A stretch of 12,656 nt of DNA from Candidatus Poribacteria bacterium (GTDB taxonomy: Bacteria; Poribacteria; WGA-4E; UBA9662): positions 1-12,656 of the forward strand of contig JAYGDX010000036.1 of assembly GCA_046582655.1 (NCBI GenBank), read 5' to 3'. How positions within the stretch are numbered: the stretch's first letter is position 1; each line of letters starts with the position of its first letter. The notes under the pieces are model-generated. The model was not told where the DNA came from. It did no database searches and was given only the letters and a program-made list of their open reading frames with translations. Made by a program: the position numbers and the translations under genes. Shown here piece after piece: positions 6,834 to 12,656 of this stretch.

Positions 6834-8402
6834 TTAGGATGTGTCTCCTCTTTTTCCCTTGTAAAGTTTCAATCTGTCCTTTGACGAAATGAGCTGGTAA
6901 CAGTCCTTTAGGGATTCAGCGGTGATTTTGTCAGCATCGCCCCAAATCAGTATATAGTCCACCTTTTCAGCATACCCGCAGATATCGATCTCCCTAGCTT
7001 TCCACTGGACAGCCTGTACCCACTCTTTCTGATCAATCGGCGGCTGAAAGTTATCCCTGAAGTTAATTGGAAAATAGTCGAACTGAACTTCGTAGTTGCC
7101 GAGGTTGATGCCACCATTATTAAGGCAATAATAGTTAGCAGCGTTGACGAAGATCCCAATCCTGAATGCCCTTCCATTACCGTTGAAAAAGAAGGGCAGT
7201 ACAATTTTCTTCTTTCCGATTGATTGGGTTAACGCTGTAAATTCACGGAGTTCAGTATTCAAAATACGACATTGGCGGGTAATATGGATCGTATTTACTA
7301 ATGAAAGCAATACAATGATCAAAGAAAACATACGTTTCCACGCACGGCTGTTTCCTTCCCGAAACCAAGCTAACAGCAAAATCGAAGCAAGGATGGCAAC
7401 CCGATCATTCAGCCAACCACCTGGCCCCACCGAACGGGGAAGTACCAAGTATAAACCGAAAAGCACTAAAAAGAGAAGCAGGAAGCTGTCAATGGATGTG
7501 AACTGATCAGTCGAACTTTTAGATCCAATGATTTTTTCTTGCCATAGTGTGTGTATCAACAAATAAATTAAGACGACAAACACGATGTAGGCAATAATAG
7601 ACTGATTTTTGTCAAGCGAAATTAATATGTCCATCGACAGGAATTTTCCCAATAATTCCGGCACACGGGAAAGGCTGATTTTTGGGGATCCACCAGATAG
7701 CAGATCCGAAGATGGTAGATAGATAAGCAACAAGATACTGGAGGGTAACAAAATACAAATATTGATAATTGCTAGTTGCAACCGTTTATGAAAATAAGTT
7801 ATAGCTAGAAACCCTATAGAAAAAAGCAAAAACAGGTAAGAAATTAAGTGGGCAAAGTAGGTAATGATGATCATGGTATTTAACAACACAATGCTACGAA
7901 CATGAATTTCTTCTTTATGTTTCCACCAATAACCAATGGAAAAGAAAAACAGCGGCACACTAAAGGCAAAGTTGTAAAATCCCATCAGGAACAGATAGTT
8001 ATAAATGAAGGGGAAAACGATCAAACTAATTCTCTCTCTGCCATGTTCAATCGCGTTCAGAAAATAAAGTATTGCTATTGGAAAGAAAATAACGTAGGCA
8101 CTGAGAAAAACCTTTTCCGCTATTATAGGAGAAAAGACAATCATCAAAACGGCAAGGGCAAAATGGGACAACCAATTGGGGAAGAGATGCCAATTAATAT
8201 CGTAAAATCCCTGGAACCCATATTCTGGATTCCAGTATTCTCGTAGTATATGCGAGTTGTAGATATGGCTTGGCCCGTCCTGCGTGGGAAAATAGGTAAA
8301 CAACCAGATAGGCAGGAGATGAACGAAAATCAGGAATATTTGAAGTTTCTTGAAGTCAAGAATCTGATTGTCCAAAACCTCAAGCCACTTGGGCTTATCC
8401 AC
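6834..8402 (-). CDS. Polytopic integral membrane protein, putative GT-C fold glycosyltransferase
   Basis: About 11-13 hydrophobic segments. The first extracytoplasmic loop carries FPTQDGPSHIYN (acidic residue after TM1, as in GT-C enzymes). Other motifs are PNW, MGFYNF and YFAH, followed by a soluble C-terminal domain ending DYILIWG...LKLY. GTG start with AAGGA upstream. Confidence 0.6.
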   Translation of the reverse strand: MDKPKWLEVLDNQILDFKKLQIFLIFVHLLPIWLFTYFPTQDGPSHIYNSHILREYWNPEYGFQGFYDINWHLFPNWLSHFALAVLMIVFSPIIAEKVFLSAYVIFFPIAILYFLNAIEHGRERISLIVFPFIYNYLFLMGFYNFAFSVPLFFFSIGYWWKHKEEIHVRSIVLLNTMIIITYFAHLISYLFLLFSIGFLAITYFHKRLQLAIINICILLPSSILLLIYLPSSDLLSGGSPKISLSRVPELLGKFLSMDILISLDKNQSIIAYIVFVVLIYLLIHTLWQEKIIGSKSSTDQFTSIDSFLLLFLVLFGLYLVLPRSVGPGGWLNDRVAILASILLLAWFREGNSRAWKRMFSLIIVLLSLVNTIHITRQCRILNTELREFTALTQSIGKKKIVLPFFFNGNGRAFRIGIFVNAANYYCLNNGGINLGNYEVQFDYFPINFRDNFQPPIDQKEWVQAVQWKAREIDICGYAEKVDYILIWGDADKITAESLKDCYQLISSKDRLKLYKGKRGDTS

Positions 8403-8476
8403 TGGTTTTATCCTTAACTTGTTGAACCTGTTACCAATAAATCTCTGACAACAAGCAAATTGATACCATTTACACT

Positions 8477-9445
8477 TTAGGTGTCGTCCACTGCAACACG
8501 TGTTCTACGCCCTACAGCCATACGCTTGATCAATTCATCAAATGTTACGCCAATTAGAATCACAAAACCAATTACCGTGAACTCCGATTCGGTTGGCACA
8601 TTGAGAAAAAACACGGAATTTTTGATAACTTCAACCATAGCCGTTCCAAAGATGACACCGCTAATGGCACCTTCGCCACCACGTAGGCTGCAACCTCCAA
8701 GAACGGCACCGGCAATCGCGTATAATTCGTAAAAATTTCCGAATGTCGAAGGCTGAACAGAATTTTGATCTAAAGCAAAGAGTATACCGCCAAAACCTGC
8801 CAGAACCGAACAGATAACGTAGGCGCCGATGATCATAGCATCGGTGTTAATCCCACTGAACCGTGCAGCATCCCGATTTCGGCCTAGGGCTAATAAATAT
8901 CGACCATATATAGTCTTGTTCAGAAACACAGCAGCCACAACACCAAACCCGATAAGAATAATGAATGGCATCGGTATTTTATCAAACAATCGGTATTTAA
9001 CCAATAACCGTAATCCACCAAATTCATTACCAAACCCCTGGTTAATTTCTCCGGTAATATATCTGGCTATTCCTCGGTAAATAAAGAGTCCACAGAGAGT
9101 TACGATAAAAGGTTGCAATCTCAGTTTTGTGATCAGAAACCCATGGATTAATCCAATGGTTAAGGCACACATAAACACCAAAATAAATCCGATAACAATA
9201 GGAACATCTTCTCTAACAAGCAATAGCGGAAACAGTGACCCTGTCAGGCCGACAAGCGAACCAATGGATAGATCTATGCCGCCAGTGATAATCACAAAAC
9301 AGGCACCGATGGCTAAAATGCCGTATAAACCTGTCCATCGCGCCATATTGATCATGTTTCCAAACTTCAGAAAACGCGGTTCAATAATACCGGTGACGAG
9401 GAAAATAGCTGCCAATAAAAGGAAAATTCCCAGTGTTTTTTTCAT
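8477..9445 (-). CDS. Sugar ABC transporter permease (CUT2/RbsC-like, BPD_transp_2)
   Basis: IITGGIDLSIGS, LQPFIVTL, YGRYLLALGRNRDAARFSGI and YELYAIAGAVLGGCSLRGGEG motifs. ATGA overlap with the ATPase stop at 9442-9445. Confidence 0.95.
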   Translation of the reverse strand: MKKTLGIFLLLAAIFLVTGIIEPRFLKFGNMINMARWTGLYGILAIGACFVIITGGIDLSIGSLVGLTGSLFPLLLVREDVPIVIGFILVFMCALTIGLIHGFLITKLRLQPFIVTLCGLFIYRGIARYITGEINQGFGNEFGGLRLLVKYRLFDKIPMPFIILIGFGVVAAVFLNKTIYGRYLLALGRNRDAARFSGINTDAMIIGAYVICSVLAGFGGILFALDQNSVQPSTFGNFYELYAIAGAVLGGCSLRGGEGAISGVIFGTAMVEVIKNSVFFLNVPTESEFTVIGFVILIGVTFDELIKRMAVGRRTRVAVDDT

Positions 9446-10941
9446 TGTTTTCCTGTTGCCAATTGCATAATTGCTTCTTCGCTAAGTTCTTCTCGTTGGA
9501 TCTCGCCAGTCAGTTCGCCCTCATGCATAACTAATACACGGTCAGATATGCGCAAAATTTCTTCTAGATCGCTTGATATCATTAAAATGGCAACCTCCTG
9601 AGAAACCATCTTCTCAATCAATTGATAAATTTCGCTTTTTGAGATCACATCAACCCCACGTGTGGGTTCATCGAGCAACAGGACTTGTGGTGAAAGTGAG
9701 AGCCATTTAGCTAGTACAACCTTTTGTTGGTTGCCACCGGAGAGCATCCCAACGTCATTGAAGATATTGGTTGTTCTAACATTAAGATCCTCGACCATTT
9801 GCTTCGTAACACGTTCGATCTCTTTTTCACGTATAAATTTTGCCCATTGATAACAATTTAACGAGGGAAGCGTAATGTTGTCGCAAACGTTAGATCCAAC
9901 AATTAATCCATGGATGCGGCGATCTTCGGGAACCATGGCAACGCCTGCCTCAATTGCCTGACGAGGTGTGCCTAGGTCTACTTCCTTACTGTTAACTTTG
10001 ATTGTACCAGATATGGTTTCCCTGATACCGAAAATGGCCTCAGCCAGTTCAGTTCGACCTGCGCCAACCAAACCAAACATACCGACAACTTCGCCTGAGT
10101 GAATAGTGAAACTGATCGGGGCCGCGGTAAGTTCTGGAATCACAAGGTCACAGACTTCCAGCATAGGTTTATGGGTTCGTTGAACCTGCCTTTGCTGATA
10201 CTGCGGTAATTCCCTACCCACCATAAAGGATACCATCCGGTTGTGAGTAATTTCTTCGCGTGCTAATTCTCCACTGTTCTTGCCATCACGCAGGACAAGC
10301 ACACGATCAGCAATCTGACTGACCTCCGCTAAGCGGTGAGAAATATAAACGATGCAGACGCCACTGGATTTTAGAGTTCTGATTAATTCAAATAGACGGT
10401 TAGTTTCATACTGGGTCAAACTGCTCGTTGGCTCATCCATGATGATCAACCGCGCCTTTTGCGATAATGCTTTTCCAATTTCAACCATCTGTTGCTGACC
10501 AATTGATAGGTTCTCCACCAGTGTGTTGGGTGAAAGGTCAAGCGAAAGTTGGGAGAGGATCTCTTTAGTCTGCGTTGTGATCTGTTGAGAATCGATGAAA
10601 TTGAAAGGCTTAAATTTGCGCGGCTCTCGGCCCAGATAGATGTTAGCGGAGACGCTGAGATTGTTAGCGAGATTGAGTTCCTGGTGAATGAAAGCAATGC
10701 CGAGATCTGTCGCCCGAGCTACGGAAGGGATGGTGACCACTTCTCCATCAACACAGACTTCACCCGCATCAGGTTGATACACACCAGCAATGATTCGCAT
10801 CAGCGTACTTTTGCCGGCACCATTTTCACCAATAACCGCTATGATTTCACTGGCATGGAATGTTATGTCAACGGCGTTAACAGCATGAACACCGGGGAAC
10901 CACTTGTGGATTTTCCTGGCTTCTAGGAGTGGAGATGTCAC
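9442..10941 (-). CDS. Sugar ABC transporter ATP-binding protein with two fused NBDs (RbsA/MglA-like)
   Basis: Walker A GENGAGKST, LSIGQQQMVEI, MDEPT and ISH in the first NBD. The second NBD has GLVGAGRTE, PEDR, LSGGNQQKV and LDEPTRGVD. GTG start 1 bp after the binding-protein stop. Confidence 0.96.
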   Translation of the reverse strand: MTSPLLEARKIHKWFPGVHAVNAVDITFHASEIIAVIGENGAGKSTLMRIIAGVYQPDAGEVCVDGEVVTIPSVARATDLGIAFIHQELNLANNLSVSANIYLGREPRKFKPFNFIDSQQITTQTKEILSQLSLDLSPNTLVENLSIGQQQMVEIGKALSQKARLIIMDEPTSSLTQYETNRLFELIRTLKSSGVCIVYISHRLAEVSQIADRVLVLRDGKNSGELAREEITHNRMVSFMVGRELPQYQQRQVQRTHKPMLEVCDLVIPELTAAPISFTIHSGEVVGMFGLVGAGRTELAEAIFGIRETISGTIKVNSKEVDLGTPRQAIEAGVAMVPEDRRIHGLIVGSNVCDNITLPSLNCYQWAKFIREKEIERVTKQMVEDLNVRTTNIFNDVGMLSGGNQQKVVLAKWLSLSPQVLLLDEPTRGVDVISKSEIYQLIEKMVSQEVAILMISSDLEEILRISDRVLVMHEGELTGEIQREELSEEAIMQLATGKQ

Positions 10942-10942
10942 C

Positions 10943-12016
10943 TTAATTAGAAGATTTTTTGGCTTCTTCGCCTAATTGCTGAAGCGCCTTCAAATGTGCC
11001 CAAAATTCCTCTACATTATTCTTTTTAATCACCTTGGTCGGAATATCCAACTGTTTGTTCTCTGGAATCATCGAAGTATCGCCTCCAACCAGTGCTTTGA
11101 GATACTTTACCGATTGATAACCAAATTCGTAAGGTTGCTGAACAACAGTACCATGTACATATCCATCTTTGATACCTTGCAACGTCAACTCATCCTCGTC
11201 AAAGGATATTAATCTGACTTGGCCTTCCATACCGACGTCCTTCAAGGCCTCAAGACATTGCGGTACGTTGTAGGCCCATAAGCCGACCATAGCGTCAATA
11301 TCAGGATACTTCTTCAACGTGTTCTCGGCGTTTTTCTTGGCCGTTGCTCGGTCTCCTTGATCTGTTCTGGTATCAAGAATGATGTATTTCCCGGCCATTA
11401 TAGCTGTACGCGGTAATCCAGATGGCTTTGTTGCTGAGGCAGAGACACCCTCTTTCAATTCGTCTATGACGCCTTCCCGACGTTGTTGAGCATTGAGGAC
11501 ATCCATTTTGCCAACGTAGATCATGATCTGGCCTCCGTCTGGAAGGGCTTCTTTGATCAATTGGCCAACTTGGCGTCCGCCGGAGTAATTGTTGGTACCA
11601 AGATAAAACAGACGGTTACTGTCAGGTGCGTCGCTATCGTGACAAACTAACTTGACCTTTGCTGCCACCTCGTTCAGGATTTCAGTCTGATTCTTTGGAT
11701 CTAAAGGACTAACAGCGATTCCTTTGACGATGTCCTGCTGAATTAGCGTCTCCAAAATCCGGTTCTGTTCAGTAGACGAACCATCAAATGGGATTTTAAA
11801 ATCACATTTGACGTTAAAGTCCTGTTCTGCTTTATAGCAACCTGCTCGAGCATAATTCCAGAATGGATCTGGTAAATTGACCACAAATGCAAGGTGCAAC
11901 CGATCATCCTGGTTTTGCTCGGTAGATGTTTTCTTTGTTGATTGGTCCGCACACCCACTGGCCAAGATTGCGATCAACAAAAATGAGTATAAGAAACATA
12001 CTGCTTTTCTGTACAT
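10943..12016 (-). CDS. Sugar ABC transporter substrate-binding lipoprotein (type I periplasmic binding fold, RbsB-like)
   Basis: Signal peptide with lipobox LASG-C. Motifs DPFW, DSDAPDS.R..YLGTNNY, QRREG, SFDED and VVQQPYEFGY. RBS AAGGAG. Confidence 0.93.
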   Translation of the reverse strand: MYRKAVCFLYSFLLIAILASGCADQSTKKTSTEQNQDDRLHLAFVVNLPDPFWNYARAGCYKAEQDFNVKCDFKIPFDGSSTEQNRILETLIQQDIVKGIAVSPLDPKNQTEILNEVAAKVKLVCHDSDAPDSNRLFYLGTNNYSGGRQVGQLIKEALPDGGQIMIYVGKMDVLNAQQRREGVIDELKEGVSASATKPSGLPRTAIMAGKYIILDTRTDQGDRATAKKNAENTLKKYPDIDAMVGLWAYNVPQCLEALKDVGMEGQVRLISFDEDELTLQGIKDGYVHGTVVQQPYEFGYQSVKYLKALVGGDTSMIPENKQLDIPTKVIKKNNVEEFWAHLKALQQLGEEAKKSSN

Positions 12017-12045
12017 GAAGAACTCCTTTACTTGTTAAGTTAATT

Positions 12046-12654
12046 TTACGATAGAATTTCTGTGATCACATCTCCATAAACGTCAGTTAGACGTATATCA
12101 CGACCACTGAATCGATAAGTAAGTTGCTTATGATCAATCCCCAACAGATGGAGAATCGTGGCATGTAGATCATGAACCGTAACCTCATTCTCCTTAACGG
12201 CTTTATAACCATACTCATCTGTGGCACCATAAACGGTTCCACCTTTGATACCTGCACCAGCAAGCCACATTGAGAAACCAAACGGATTATGATCACGCCC
12301 ATCCTTACCTTGTGAAAAAGGTGTACGTCCAAACTCACCTGACCAGACAACCAGCGTTTCATCAAGTAGTCCTCGAGATTTTAAGTCCATTAGCAAGGCC
12401 GCAATAGGTTGATCGACAGCTAATGAATTTCTATAGTGACCATCTTTTATATTTCCGTGTTGATCCCAGCGATCTGCTTCGACTCTCGGGCAGGTTAATT
12501 CAACGAACCGGACATCCCGCTCAACTAAACGCCGTGCTATCAAGCACTGTCTGGCGTAAGTTCGAGTGTGTGCGTACGTAGCATCAAAACCATATAATTT
12601 CTTAATTCTTTTGCTCTCACCTCTAAGATCGGTCAACTCCGGCACAGTGTCCTG
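12046..12654 (-). CDS. DUF1501 domain-containing protein, C-terminal part (5' truncated by window edge)
   Basis: [81 protein letters not shown] and RLTDV.G are hallmark DUF1501 motifs. The frame stays open (..QDTVPE) to the window edge. Confidence 0.93.
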   Translation of the reverse strand, partial: QDTVPELTDLRGESKRIKKLYGFDATYAHTRTYARQCLIARRLVERDVRFVELTCPRVEADRWDQHGNIKDGHYRNSLAVDQPIAALLMDLKSRGLLDETLVVWSGEFGRTPFSQGKDGRDHNPFGFSMWLAGAGIKGGTVYGATDEYGYKAVKENEVTVHDLHATILHLLGIDHKQLTYRFSGRDIRLTDVYGDVITEILS

Positions 12655-12656
12655 CA

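Noticed and set aside
10040..10080. Degenerate second Walker A (GLVGAGRTE) in the ABC ATPase
   Set aside because: This is normal for CUT2-family RbsA/MglA proteins and is not a sign of inactivation.
742..12365. Other short ORFs in the track nested in or antisense to the main genes (e.g. 742-990, 1237-1647, 3207-3912, 5148-5752, 6315-6638, 7144-8246, 8481-11212, 11743-12365)
   Set aside because: These are shadow ORFs of well-supported CDSs with no independent motifs.
1..12656. CRISPR arrays, IS/transposase, integrase, rRNA/tRNA genes
   Set aside because: No regularly spaced repeats, terminal inverted repeats, recombinase motifs or RNA-gene consensus sequences were seen by eye.

Overview
Bacterial genomic DNA of mid-to-low GC, dominated by carbohydrate and acid-sugar catabolism genes. 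Left, + strand: the C-terminal end of a probable Gfo/Idh/MocA oxidoreductase, a D-2-hydroxyacid dehydrogenase, a previously uncalled decayed BNR/sialidase-like gene remnant, and an HpcH/HpaI aldolase. These converge on a - strand pair: an uncharacterised ~586-aa protein with six-hairpin-barrel-like motifs and an enolase-superfamily enzyme with a non-canonical active site (K-x-K, Asp/Glu/His metal ligands, extra C-terminal domain). The pair has an extended -10 promoter and a FadR/GntR-like operator. A solitary DEDDy/YprB-like exonuclease is transcribed divergently from it. Right, - strand: a DUF1501 protein (cut by the window edge), a CUT2/RbsABC-like sugar ABC importer and a GT-C-like polytopic membrane protein. 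The 284-bp spacer at 335-618 has several adjacent hairpins and may be a structured RNA. No rRNA, tRNA, CRISPR or mobile element was recognised. The gene content suggests a Planctomycetota/Poribacteria-like heterotroph (inference only). All family calls come from motif recognition by eye, not from database searches.
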